DNA of 63,341 nt, filler included, from Octopus bimaculoides (Eukaryota): assembly GCF_001194135.2 (NCBI RefSeq). It is 6 parts of 3 records of this genome, joined end to end, with 100 filler letters (N's around TTAATTAATTAA, not from the genome) between each part and the next. Parts side by side here need not be neighbours in the genome. Positions count along the whole stretch, not along the records: positions 8,443 to 18,511 come from NC_068983.1; positions 18,612 to 27,735 come from NC_068985.1; 4 more parts are not named here. One strand, 5' to 3'. The notes beneath the pieces were generated by a model that saw only the letters and a program-made list of their open reading frames with translations, was not told the origin of the DNA and did not search any database. Every line of letters begins with the position of its first letter. The stretch's first letter is position 1. A program made the translations under genes and the position numbers. Below, piece after piece: positions 13,084 through 25,414 of the stretch.

Positions 13084-14816
13084 CATGATCATCATCATCA
13101 TCATCATCATCATCATAAGAAGAAGAAGAAGAAGAAGAATCCTTTTTACTATAGGCACAAGGCCTGAAATTTTGGGGGGAGGGGACTAGTTGATTACATC
13201 AACCCCAGTGTTCCACTGGTACTTAATTTATCAACCCCAAAAGATTGCAAGGCAAAGTTGACCTCGGTGGATTTTGAACTCAGTACTTAAAGACAGACAA
13301 ATGCCACTAAGCATTTTACCTGGCATGCTAATGATTCTGTCAGCTTGCTGCCTAAATAATAATAATAATGATAATAATTTCTAACTTGTACAAAATATTG
13401 TTGGGATGTGATGCAGTTGATGTACTTGATTGGTACTTATGTTCACATCAAACCTCGAAGATCGACTCCTGTAGGATTTGAACTAAGAGCATAAATAAGA
13501 CAAAATAAAATTTTCAAACCTGATGCTCTACTAATTCTGCCACCTATAAATAATAATAATGGTTTCAAATTTTGGCATAAGGCCAGCAAATTTAGGAGGA
13601 GGGTGAAGTTACTTACATAGACCTCAGTATTTGACAGGTACTTTATTTTATCAACATTCAGAAAAAAAAAAACAATAAATATATTGTATCCAAAGTTCTA
13701 AAGACTCCACCGACCTGATTCGTTTAAAATTAATAACAGTCGACAAATAAACCTGACAATATTTAACTTTGGTGACTGCACTTTTCCATGCTGGATTCGT
13801 TGAATGGATTTTCTGAGGCAGTGTTTTGTGGTTAAATGTCCTTCCTTATTGCGAATGCTTTTAGGTACATTCTACAACATGCAGGAATGCAGTGCACATA
13901 TTCCCAAACCAGGATACACATTGTAATCCCATGATACACACAGTAACAATAATAATCGCCAAGGCCAGCAACTTTGAGGAAAGTTGGTTAATCAATACCA
14001 TTGATTTGACATTTTCTTTATTTCATCAACACAGGGTTGAAAGACAAAGCTAAGCTCAGAAGGATTTGAACTCAGAATGTAAAGAGTTGGAAGAAACACC
14101 ACAAAGCATTTTCCTAGCACTTTAACAATTCCACCAATCCAACAACTTTGTTTTTAATTTAGGTCAAGGCCAGCAGTTTTGAGAGGAGGGGGCTAATCAG
14201 CATCATCAACTCAAGCACGAATCAGGTACTTTATTTTATCAATCTCAGAGAGATGAAAAGTAAATTAGACTTCAAGGAGATTTGAACTCAGAATGTAAAA
14301 AACCTAAACAAATATCACAAGGCATCTATCACAATACACTATTGGTATTAATTCATTTTTCTATCTCAGAAGTTGATGTCTCTTCCAGATATACCAACAA
14401 CACCAAACATTTACTAAACAATTGGCCATTTAAATAGTAGGCATTATCATATTAGAGAAAGAGAATAGATTATACACACACACACACACACACACACACA
14501 GAGAAACACATATATATACATACACATACTAAAAATTAATATAAACAGCTAGACACAATATAAGACCATAAAGGAAAATATTAACCATCAATAACTGTGA
14601 CTGAGGGTGCTGAATAGCACCAATATTGCAAGAAATAAGGAGTGGGTGGGTAGGTAGGTAGGTAGAGAAGATAGATAGATGGATAGATGGATGGATGGAT
14701 GGGTGGGTGGATGGATGGATGGATGGATGGATGGATGGATGGATGGATGGATGGATAGATAGATATACAGTAGTGGCCGTAATATAAGGGNNNNNNNNNN
14801 TGGATAGATAGATATA

Positions 14817-16215
14817 CAGTAGTGGCCGTAATATAAGGGTCAGTAAGAACAAGTGTATTGAAATAGTTATTATAGAAGATTAACAACACGTTGAGACTAA
14901 ATATTTTACACATATTTAGATATATCTAATATCTATCTTTCATGAAAATTTCAAGTGAATGGAATAAATATTTCGTAAGTTATTAGGAAATAAACAAATA
15001 ATCTTCCAAATTGCAGTGGCCAAATGTTAAGGGTCACTTAGAAAAACAATGAAAACTGGAACAAGAACAAAAGAGAAATCCTTACTATTAATATTTTGTG
15101 AACATCCCTTTACTATCAATGACCTCCTGACATCTGTTACCACAGAACTGAACTAATTTCTTGCAAAATGATGGAGTTAATATTGTTCCATTTGTTTTTC
15201 AATAATTCCTAGAGTTCATCTTGGACCTTTGGATTTCTCCTCCGTGTCCCATCTCAAATAATCTTCCAAACGCTCCTACAGAGTTGAGATAGCGACTTTG
15301 AGGTGGCCAGTCCATGAGATCAACCCTTTCACCACTCAAAAAATCTTTGACTCTTTTCGCAGTATGACAGGGAGCATTGTCCTGCACGAAGATAGGTTGA
15401 ACTAACAAGGATCGGAGATGTGGAAGGGCATACTAAGAATCTGCTTGTAGATTTCAGCATTGACAGTCCCTTGTAGGTGAATAAGTGGACAAGAACCAGC
15501 AGCAGAGATCACTTCCCATGCCATTACACAGCCTCCTCCGTATTTCACTGCCCTCTTCACACATGCACGAGATAACCTTTTGCCCCTTCTTTGTTGGACA
15601 TACATCCCGTCATTGGAACCAATCACATTAAACTTCGATTCATCGCTAAAATGAACCTGCAACCACTGTTCTTCTGTCCAAACATGTTCATGAGCGAAAC
15701 AAAGACAGGCTCTTTGATTCTTCTTAGAGATCAGAGGTTTCTTTGCCAGTGCCCAAGCAAGCAACCCAGGACCTCATAACCTCTGAGAAACATTCTAACC
15801 ATAATACGATCCTGCCTTGGTGAAGTTTTACAAAGTCTACTGGTTTGGGGTTAATTCATTGCACAAAACTTCTAGACCTTCCTACAGTAGTTGCTATCAC
15901 AGAATTTGACTTGCCCTATTGGTGCAGGCATACAATCCTTTGTTTTCTTTCACAGGACATCGGTCGTCTCTCACAAGCCGCCATGTTCACAGTTGAGTGT
16001 TCCAATAATGTAAGAGCATAAGAAGTAACTGCAATTTGGAAGATTGTTTATTTCCTCATAACTTATGAAATATTTATTCCATTCACTTGAAATTTTTACA
16101 ACAGATAGATATTAGATATATCTAAATATGTGTAAAATATCTAGTCTCAACATGTTGTTAATCTTCTATAATAACTATTTCAATACACGTTCTTTCTGAC
16201 CCTTATATTATGGCC
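14817..16215 (-). mobile_element. Tc1-family DNA transposon with about 200-bp TIRs and a decayed transposase
   Basis: Starts TA|CAGT. 14817-15015 is the inverted complement of about 16028-16215. ORFs 15402-15764 (KKPLIS..WTEEQW..VHFSDESKFN..GGGCVMAW) and 15199-15408 (FVQDNAPCHTA..DWPPQS) are Tc1 DDE motifs. Confidence 0.93.
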
Positions 16216-16362
16216 TACATGCACATTCACACTGACAGGGGAGATAACTGCCCTATGAGCGAAGCTATGAGCACTGAACCAGACTAATTTAGACTAGTTT
16301 TGTCAGCAGTACCTACTCCATCACTTTGGTGGTTTGGTTAACTTGATCTGTCAGTGTATATA

Positions 16363-16740
16363 TTTACCTCCGCCAAGGAAGGAGGTTATGTTTTCATCGG
16401 TGTTGGCTTGTCCTTCTGTATGCAAAATAACTCAAAAAATCGTGAACGGCATTTGATTAAACTTGCAGGAAAAGTTGGTAATGACACAAGAAACAGATGA
16501 TGAAATTTTGGTAGTGATCCGGGAATTTTTATGGATTCTTGAGGGATTTTTCATTTGTTATATTTATTTTACATGAAGTATTACAATGTTAAGTTCTTTG
16601 ATTATCTCCCTTGAAAACACGTTCATCGTTTCCATGTAACCTATGGTGGTGTTGCTGTTTCCAAAGTTTATTTTCGTTTCTCTATTAGTAATTTTACTAG
16701 CGTATCTATCTTAAAATGAGCTGCTTGGTGGAGGTCTGCG
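16363..16740 (+). mobile_element. Helentron/DINE-like (HINE) non-autonomous element, 3' end interrupted by a LINE fragment
   Basis: Sub-terminal inverted repeats ACCTCCGCCAAG ... CTTGGTGGAGGT, followed by GGAGGTTATGTTTT at the 5' side. Family assignment is from remembered structure. Confidence 0.6.
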
Positions 16741-16744
16741 GAGA

Positions 16745-17100
16745 ATGACATGACAAGCCTTGACTATTGGGATCGACGCAAAAAGCTCAGGCTTTGCTCC
16801 CTCTACTGCCGCAGTGAGCTCTATATCATCTGTATGATGTGGAAAATATTCCCTCAACATTGCTTGTCTTTAAAATTCGTCCAAGGCTTGGCCCCCATGC
16901 CATCCGTCCACTACAGGAATGTTTGTGTCGTATCACAACACTATGACAGAACTATTTCACCTCAATTGGCCCTGCTCTCTTCAACATCATGCCAGACACA
17001 CATAAAAAGGAGGAAAGTGACTTCACAGCATTCAAATGATCCCTAGATGATTACCCCCAACAAATACCAGATAAACCACCCACACCCAGATATGTCTCTA
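16745..17100 (+). mobile_element. CR1/L2-type LINE 3' fragment
   Basis: ORF 16750-17046 LDYWDRRKKLRLCSLYCRSELYIICMMWKI resembles the CR1/L2 C-terminal LxYxERLxxLxLxSLxxRRxRxxxIxxWKI motif. Confidence 0.7.
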
Positions 17101-17176
17101 GAAACAATAACCCTCTGCTTGAATGGGCTACAGTTAAAGGGGGATTTTTAAAAATCATATGGTTGTGTTATTTTTT

Positions 17177-17306
17177 TTAACCCTGCCAAGGAGGTTATGT
17201 TTTTGCCAGCGGTGGTTGGGAAATTGGGCGATTTTCAACATGCGTGTATATGGGTGGAAATGAGCTGCTTGGCAGGGGTCTGCGCTCTCCGAGTGCTTTT
17301 CTAGTT
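17177..17306 (+). mobile_element. Short Helentron/DINE-like element with intact 3' hairpin
   Basis: Sub-TIRs CCCTGCCAAG ... CTTGGCAGGG, 3' stem-loop GCGCTC-TCC-GAGTGC, end TTTTCTAGTT. Confidence 0.6.
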
Positions 17307-17701
17307 ACCATATAAATTTATGGCTGATTTAACGAAATTCTCATGTGCATACTAAAAGTTAATATAAACAGCTTGATGCAATGTAAGACCATAAAGGAAA
17401 AATTTAATCATCACTAATTGTGAGTGAGGGTACTGAATAGCCCCTATATTGCAAGAAATAAGAGATAAAACCCTTATAAACACATACCTATAATCTGGTT
17501 CGTGATAAGGCCTTATGTCATCTAAAGTTGCTACATAACCATGAGAGAAACTGAAAAAATAAAATTCAAAAGAATACCATTGTATATAGTATATATAAAT
17601 GCACATGCAGAAGTACACAAAGACACAACTATATACATATAAGTTACGAGGCACAAACACTCACACACATGTATATATATTCACCTAAACACAAAATGAA
17701 T

Positions 17702-18510
17702 ACAGAGGTTGGACAAAATGATGGAAACACCTTAAAATTTCAAACAAATTTATTTTAATATGGGGAAGGACAGCCTTTGGCAGTAATTACAGCTTGCATT
17801 CTATGAGGTATGGACTCGTACAAAGTTTCAATTGTTTCCAAAGGAATTTTTGTCCATTCTTCAGCTAAAACAGTCTCCAGTTCTTGTAGTGATGATGCTG
17901 AAGGATATTGACTCCTTACATGTTTTTCTAAAATGCACCATAAATATTCAATAATATTAAGATCTGGGGAGTGTGGTGGCCAGATAAGATGTTCAACTTC
18001 ACAAGAATGTTCCTCATGCCATTCAGTAACAACTTTAGCTGTGTGAATTGGTGCATTATCATCCTGAAAGATTGCGTTTCTCTCCGGAAACAGTTCTGCA
18101 ACTATGGGATGAATTTGATCAGATAAAATGCTTAAATAGTCTTATCTATTAATTCTGCCATGAAGGGAAACCATTGGGCCAGCAGATTTCCAAGATATAG
18201 CCCTGCCAGATCAACACAGATCCTCCTCCATGTTTAACAGTTGGAAGAAGGCAGTCTGGGTCAAATGCTTCTTTTGGCTGTCTCCACACATATACTCGGC
18301 TGGTGGTCGAAAATAAGGTAAAGGATGACTCGTCCGAGAAAATGACATTCTTCCACTGCTCTAGGGATCAATTCTGTAGATTTTTACTCCACTCTAAACG
18401 CTTTGCAATGTTTGTTTTTGAAAGTAGTGGTTTTCTGATTGCAGCCCTCCCGTGAAATCCAGCTTTGTGCAGCTCCTGGCAAACAGTTTTTGTGGAAACT
18501 GGGTTCTCAA
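17702..18510 (-). mobile_element. Second Tc1-family element, 3' half, cut by an assembly gap
   Basis: TIR start TA|CAGAGGTTGGACAAAATGATGGAAACACC. Minus-strand translation gives FQDDNAPIHTAKVVTEWHEEHS..LIWPPHSPDLNIIE..LWCILE. Confidence 0.9.
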
Positions 18511-19499
18511 GNNNNNNNNNNNNNNNNNNNNNNNNNNNNNNNNNNNNNNNNNNNNTTAATTAATTAANNNNNNNNNNNNNNNNNNNNNNNNNNNNNNNNN
18601 NNNNNNNNNNNGGGAGGGAGAGAGTGCGAGAGGGAGGGAGAGGGGAGGGAGGGAGAGAGGAAGAGACAGGCAGACAGATAGATAGACAGATAGAAAGGAA
18701 GAAAGAAAATTAGATAGATAGATAGATAGAAAGTTTGAAAGACAGACTAACAGATTGCCAGACAGACAAGATAGAGACTGTGACAGACAGACAGACAGAG
18801 AAACAGATAGACAGACAGACAGATAGACAAAGAGGAATGATGGAAGAAAGAAAGAAAATTAGATAGACAGATAGACCGACTGACATTCAGATAGACAGAC
18901 AGAAATCTCCGAGATAGAGAGAAGAGAGGGAAAATGCAAGTGAAGATAGAAAATATAACATGAAAATAATTAGAGAGGTCATAATTAGGTTAATGTTATG
19001 GGGTAATTGATAATAAGTTGTGAAAATTATTGCAGAGCTATGACTAAGAGTAACAACAGAGAATAATAATAGTTTTGTGGTTGCTGATATAACCATTATA
19101 TATCTATGTTCAAAATAGTACTTGAGATCATTTTAATATCAACTTATTTGGGTTTGTAATGACCAACAAATTAAGCAAGTCACTTAAATTAGAAATTCTT
19201 TTGGTTTTTACTCAGTCGCACTTGGCACTAAAAAGAAATAAATGAAATAGGTTTTCAATGTGTCAACATACAAAAACTATATAAGTATAGTTTCGTCAAT
19301 GGCCATGTGGTTAAAAGATTTACTTTGTAACTATGATTTTGATTTCAATCCCTCATTTTGGAGTCTTGACTGCTTTCTATGAGGTTGTAAAGTATCTCTT
19401 ATCACACATTTGAATGATCAGTTTGAGAATACTTTTTCAATACTTACAGTAAAATAAGCATTAATTTTTGCATACTAATGTTATTTCATTTTCTTTCTT

Positions 19500-19538
<39 letters not shown>

Positions 19539-19679
19539 GATTATTAACTTTTAAAATGAATTTAGATCAAACCCAAGGAATATTTGTTCAGTCTATTTAA
19601 ATGAAGCTTTAAGTGTCCAGATATGTGAAGTGTTGTGGCCAGTTTCACCAGAGAAATGTTTCTCTCATAGATTCCCCTC

Positions 19680-19981
19680 TATCTCAATGACCAAGTTCTA
19701 CCAAAATTGAGTTTCTGTAAAACTATAGTTGAGGAAAATTCATAGCAATATTATTTAGTTGGAAAAACAGTTTATCAATTGTGAAGAGGTTAAAAATGAT
19801 ATTGAGTGTTTCTTTGCTTTGAAACTTAAAGAATTTTACACCTAGGGGAACAACAGATGAGACGATGTTATCAATAATGACAAAATATATTATCTTGATT
19901 AAATATATATCAATTAAGATGAAAGAAGCATTTGTTTCTTTCCCATCTTGAAATGAGACAAGACTTCTCTCCAGCCTAATA
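19680..19981 (+). mobile_element. Mariner 3' fragment
   Basis: Decayed C-terminal mariner text (gaaaaacagtttatcaattgtgaagaggttaaaaatgatattgagtgtttctttgctttgaaacttaaagaattttac, resembling GKTFxxxEEVKNxLExFFAxKxKEFY) and a TIR-like end cagcctaata. Confidence 0.65.
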
Positions 19982-20757
19982 TGATAGTCTCAGGTCAACA
20001 AAACCTGTGTGAGAGCCCATTAGAAGTAATGCTTCAGTTCTTGTGTGGCAGGCTTCATTCATAACCCAGTTTCACACCCCCCTGGGGTGTTCAGATTATT
20101 CTGTCAAATTTAATGTTTGTTTATTTATATTGTTTTGAATTAACCATGTACTATCTTGTAGTTTAGAGATTTTGATGATATGATTGTTTAGTTTTAGAAT
20201 GACTTTGTGGGATTGTGGTTAGAGCCCAGATCTGGCAAGTTAAATATGTCAGCCTGATATGGCCAGTTTGAATGCTAAAGGATTGAACACTGATTTAAAA
20301 CCCAGTGGTTAAACCAGAGTTTAACATGGTGCTTAAATTCTGACTTAACCACCAGAGGTGACTTCACTAAAGTACTTTTAGCTGCATCCATTTTGCTAAA
20401 AAGTTTCCACATAAGGGTTCTGGGCTGGCTATCACTTTCATCCTTTGCCTCCACCAGTTTCACAACTGTCATGGGAGCTGTCCTTCTTTCTCTGACTAAT
20501 CTGAAAAATATGCTGGACTACTGTAAAATGGAGCAACACAAATATTTTACGTGGAAATTAATTAAGCACAGCTTGTACTGAGGGCACAGATACATGTTTA
20601 ATTATTGCATAATTAGTTGAGATGACAATCTGATAGTATTCAAGGGCAATTTGTTATATTTAAAAGGCATATGTAATTTGGGACTGCAGGTGACACAATT
20701 GTCCTGTCTGTCTATCTGCCTGCTTGTCTGCCTCTCTGTCTGTCTATCTATCTATCT

Positions 20758-20799
<42 letters not shown>

Positions 20800-21300
20800 G
20801 TCATCCAACAAATAATGCAGTTTTTTTATATTTATTTTATTTTTTCAAAATTAAAATAAACAAAGTTCTTTTTTAATTCTAAAATATACTCTTTTTCATT
20901 GCTCTTCCATCCATCTATCTGGTAGACTTGCGAGATGCCTCTTCCAAAATTCACTTGTCTATGATGAAAAATACTCCTCCAGTACTGTTCTGAGCTCATC
21001 TACAGAATTCATATTTTTTTCTGTCCAAAAGATTTTGAAGACTGCAAAATAAATGGTAATCAGATGGAGCAATGTCCTGGGAATATGGTGGGTGAGGCAT
21101 CATTTCCCATTCAAATTGCCCCAGCCTTTGGAATGTCATCCTTGCTGTATGTGGCCGAATATTATCCTGACAGAAGAACACTTTCATCTTGAAACCAAAG
21201 ATGGTCATTTTACTTCTAGCGTTGACTTGAATGACTGGTTAAATGACCAAGTCCAAGCTTCTCTTTTAGTTCCTCAACACAGTTCTATATTTAAGAGATG

Positions 21301-21477
21301 AGGAATTATGTACATTATTTACATTATTTACAATTGATAGATATTAGTCCTCATCTTGTTTGTTGTTAACACAACGTTTCAGCTGATATAGCCTCCAGCT
21401 TTCATCAGGTGTTTTGGGGAAATTTCGAACCTAGGTTCTCATTCCTAAGGTATTTTTCGATGTTGTTGTTGTTATTA

Positions 21478-21525
<48 letters not shown>

Positions 21526-21590
21526 TCACTGTCTGGAATCGAACTCGGAATCTTGGGGTTAGTAGCCCGCTAAATAATGTAAATAATGTA
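21301..21590 (-). mobile_element. tRNA-headed SINE-like element with hammerhead ribozyme, copy 1
   Basis: On minus: truncated tRNA-like head with B box GAGTTCGATTCC, internal (AAT)n, body, hammerhead, tail (TAAATAATG)2. An inverted copy of the tail sits at 21571-21590. Clearly homologous to 33470-33730. Confidence 0.8.
21368..21413 (-). ncRNA. Minimal type I hammerhead ribozyme motif
   Basis: Minus strand: AACAC CTGATGA A AGCTG GAGGCTATAT CAGCT GAA ACGT T GTGTT. Stem I AACAC/GTGTT is perfect, stem II AGCTG/CAGCT is perfect, the CUGAUGA and GAAA cores are intact, and stem III is the palindrome ACGT. Predicted cleavage follows GUU (21373/21372). Confidence 0.78.
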
Positions 21591-22036
21591 GTTACTCAGC
21601 AGTTACAATGGGATTTTATTTCACCTGGGTTTGTAGGACGTTGTTGTCAAGTTCTATAAATCTTCCAGGTCGAGGTTAGTCTTCTAGGTTGTAGTTTCCA
21701 GTTCGAAATTTCTGGAACTTCCATTGACACTGGCTTGCATTAATTGTCCGATCCCCATTAACTGCATTAAAATTCCCCTGCACTTTCTCTTGCTTGTTGC
21801 CTTTATTGAAGCAAAATATGCCAAATATGCTCCTTTGTCACTTCCATTATAGCTTTGAAAAAGTAACACATTTAAAATCGAACTGCACTCTTCAAAATTT
21901 GCACTAAGAATAAGGACAGGGTAAAATTAATATCTGCTTTTATAGCAAGTTGATGCAGGTAGTTTATCCCATCCCCCTGTGACTTTTAGTCTATGAAGTT
22001 GTAAAAACCGCATCATTTATGGGATGACCCAATATA

Positions 22037-22080
<44 letters not shown>

Positions 22081-22568
22081 NNNNNNNNNNNNNNNNNNNN
22101 NNNNNNNNNNNNNNNNNNNNNNNNNNNNNNNNNNNNNNNNNNNNNNNNNNNNNNNNNNNNNNNNNNNNNNNNNNNNNNNNNNNNNNNNNNNNNNNNNNNN
22201 NNNNNNNNNNNNNNNNNNNNNNNNNNNNNNNNNNNNNNNNNNNNNNNNNNNNNNNNNNNNNNNNNNNNNNNNNNNNNNNNNNNNNNNNNNNNNNNNNNNN
22301 NNNNNNNNNNNNNNNNNNNNNNNNNNNNNNNNNNNNNNNNNNNNNNNNNNNNNNNNNNNNNNNNNNNNNNNNNNNNNNNNNNNNNNNNNNNNNNNNNNNN
22401 NNNNNNNNNNNNNNNNNNNNNNNNNNNNNNNNNNNNNNNNNNNNNNNNNNNNNNNNNNNNNNNNNNNNNNNNNNNNNNNNNNNNNNNNNNNNNNNNNNNN
22501 NNNNNNNNNNNNNNNNNNNNNNNNNNNNNNNNNNNNNNNNNNNNNNNNNNNNNNNNNNNNNNNNNNNN

Positions 22569-22605
<37 letters not shown>

Positions 22606-23089
22606 GCTATCTCTCAACATATAACAAAGAGACAAAGAGATAGAAAGACAGATGACAGATATATGTACATACATGTGCGAGCGCGCGTGTGTATTGGATA
22701 GATATAGATATACCACATATATATATGTGCGTGAGTATGAATGTTTATTCTTTTATTCTTCTATACTTTTCAGCACTAAGGGTGTTGCCATGTTGTGTGT
22801 GTGTGAGTGCGCGTGATGGTATGCAAAAGACAGGGTGGCTATAACCAGTACGCCATTGATCATATGGCTGCTCAACTAGGCTGATCATGACTTAAGGTTA
22901 AACCAAAATATATCAGAGATAAAACTTCTGGCAGGTTAAGCGTAATTTCTGACAAGAGAGATAATTCAAAGAATAAAGGTACGAGGTAACTTCCCTTGGC
23001 TATTTTATAAGATTTCATAGGCTAATTGTATCATTTGCATTTTAGTTGATACAAGTATAGAAGGAAACCGAATTGAATTCAGATATAGG

Positions 23090-23310
23090 CATGTACTGCA
23101 CGCCGGGCGAAATGCTTAAGCGGTATTTCATCTGCCGCTACGTTCTGAGTTCAAATTCCGCCGAAGTCGACTTTGCCTTTCATCCTTTCGGGGTCGATTA
23201 AATAAGTACCGGTTACGCACTGGGGTCGATATAATCGACTTAATCCGTTTGTCTGTCCTTGTTTGTTCCCTCTGTGTGTAGCCCCTTGTGGGCAGTAAAG
23301 AAATAAGATG
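23090..23310 (+). mobile_element. Abundant tRNA-derived SINE with conserved core (probably Meta-domain-like). Other copies: about 12470-12660, 13150-13355, 13560-13640, 13960-14320, 23440-23830, 27420-27735, 36340-36480, 48535-48720, 56900-57115
   Basis: B box GAGTTCAAATTCC and core GTCGACTTTGCCTTTCATCCTTTCGGGGTCGATTAAATAAGTACC recur in both orientations. The domain name is from memory. Confidence 0.85.
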
Positions 23311-23882
23311 TACTGTGCCAATATGGCGCCTGGCGACAAAAAGTATATATAAATATATATTTTTAAGTTATAAAAAAAAATATATACATACAAGGTAGCT
23401 ATCTGGCGAAATTGCTGCCGTGCCGTATAAAATAACATGCAGTATTTAGTTTCGAATCTTTATGTTCAGAGTTCAAATTACCCTTAGGTTCACTTCTATT
23501 CCTCCGGGGTCGATAAAAACAAAATACCAGTAACGCACTGTGGTCGATTTAATGGATTAACCCGTTCCTACAAAATTATTGGGCTCGTGCCTAATTAGAA
23601 GGGTGCAGGATTAACAGAAATACTATTACGCCTGCAAAAATAACAGATGGTATTTGCTCCTGCTCTTCATGCTGAGTTTCAGTACCATACTGTTGTTAAC
23701 CTTGCCTTTCTTTCCTCTGGTTTGGAGGTCGATAAGATAAAGTACGAGTCATGCACTAAGGTCTTTAGTACAGACAAACACCTTCCTTTCTATTTGGTAG
23801 CCTTGTGTCTAAATTTGAAAGCAAACCGGTTGATAAGATCAGCTGTAATAGATATGTAATAACTGTACACTTCGATTAATAT

Positions 23883-24240
23883 ACAGGGTACGATGGGTAA
23901 ATTGTCGCCATTATATATTTTTAATTTCGCACATGCACATTGTTCGTTTTTGATTTTGTTGACTACACCGTATGGTAGGGTCAGTTGGGCACCATCTGTG
24001 AGATAAACTGAAGGCAAGGATTATGATAGCATTCACCAACTTAAACAAGGAGACTGTCCAGAAGGGTTGCAGGAGATTTCGAAGTCGTCTGGAGGCTGTG
24101 GTTGTTATACACCGCTGATCACAACGCGCTTCTAATTCTTTCTTAACTGGACCCGAGTGGTATCGAAGAGATCGGAAAAGTCCACTCGGACGGCCTCCAC
24201 GACAATGGGAAAACGATATAGTTAAATAATTTGAGCCAGC
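23883..24240 (+). mobile_element. Tc1/mariner-superfamily (maT-like) deletion derivative
   Basis: TA|CAGGG.. terminus shared with about 50030-50110, then jumps to the C-terminal transposase remnant ctgaaggcaaggattatgatagcattcaccaac that is also seen at about 50370. Confidence 0.6.
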
Positions 24241-25369
24241 CTGAAAAAAGAATGTCGCAATCAAGAAAAAATATGCGCACATATATGATAATATATGATT
24301 ATCTATTGGGTATACACTTATACACAACACATACGCATGCAAACACACATATCATTTATATATAATCATGCAATCATATGTTAACAATACATAAAACACA
24401 CCCTCTTTAATCAAACTATATTTATTTGTAGTAATATTTGGCAGAGTTGTTATTTATTAGGTTGTTAAGATTACAAACGTTTTCAATGTTTCTTGCAGCC
24501 GCTTCTATAGTGAAATAATTGCAATTGTCCGTGAGATAGAGCTTTAAAATTTGTTTGATATCTAAATACATATACATACGTCTATAAGAATACAAATATA
24601 CATATTAAAATATATACATAATACATACACATTAACACACACACATATATATACATATACACACATATATCCCATAGATCCATATATGTATGTATGTATA
24701 TGTGTGTGTGTGTGTGTCGTGTGAAAATGTTGAATTATATTTTATCTTTTACTTTGGAGGGTTCCAAAAAGGCGATTTCTAACAAAGATTCATATTTTGC
24801 TGGTAGCTTATATATATANNNNNNNNNNNNNNNNNNNNNNNNNNNNNNNNNNNNNNNNNNNNNNNNNNNNNNNNNNNNNNNNNNNNNNNNNNNNNNNNNN
24901 NNNNNNNNNNNNNNNNNNNNNNNNNNNNNNNNNNNNNNNNNNNNNNNNNNNNNNNNNNNNNNNNNNNNNNNNNNNNNNNNNNNNNNNNNNNNNNNNNNNN
25001 NNNNNNNNNNNNNNNNNNNNNNNNNNNNNNNNNNNNNNNNNNNNNNNNNNNNNNNNNNNNNNNNNNNNNNNNNNNNNNNNNNNNNNNNNNNNNNNNNNNN
25101 NNNNNNNNNNNNNNNNNNNNNNNNNNNNNNNNNNNNNNNNNNNNNNNNNNNNNNNNNNNNNNNNNNNNNNNNNNNNNNNNNNNNNNNNNNNNNATATATA
25201 TATATATATATATAATTTTCATTATTGTAAGAGTCTACCAAGTCATATCTGCGGAAAAGATGACCATCTCTACTGTAACCATCACATGTCACATAAATTA
25301 GGTAAATCAGAAATGAGGTCTCTCAGTTTTTGTGTCTCATCTTTCTGATTACATATCTTTGATCCACAG

Positions 25370-25414
25370 CTAAAGGATGGTGACTATGTCACTGTCTCTA
25401 TCACTACTGAGCAT
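25370..25414 (+). CDS. Candidate 45-bp exon of an unidentified plus-strand gene
   Basis: Acceptor ctttctgattacatatctttgatccacag| and perfect donor CAT|gtaagt. Only frame 0 is open (LKDGDYVTVSITTEH). Confidence 0.35.

Larger units (their letters stand above)
20796..22032 (-). mobile_element. Mariner (DD34D) element, both TIRs present, central region deleted and replaced by a SINE-like insert
   Basis: TIRs TTGGGTCATCCAACAAATAATGC and its inverted copy GCATCATTTATGGGATGACCCAA, each flanked by TA runs. N-terminal MEVTKEHI.. remnant at about 21600-21850. ORF 20996-21208 contains QDNIRPHTAR and HPPYSQDIAPSDYHLF. Confidence 0.92.

Noticed and set aside
20275-20500. Minus-strand frame LVRERRTAPMTVVKLVEAKDESDSQPRTLMWKLFSKMDAAK with an upstream acceptor
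   Set aside because: No convincing donor and no recognisable homology.
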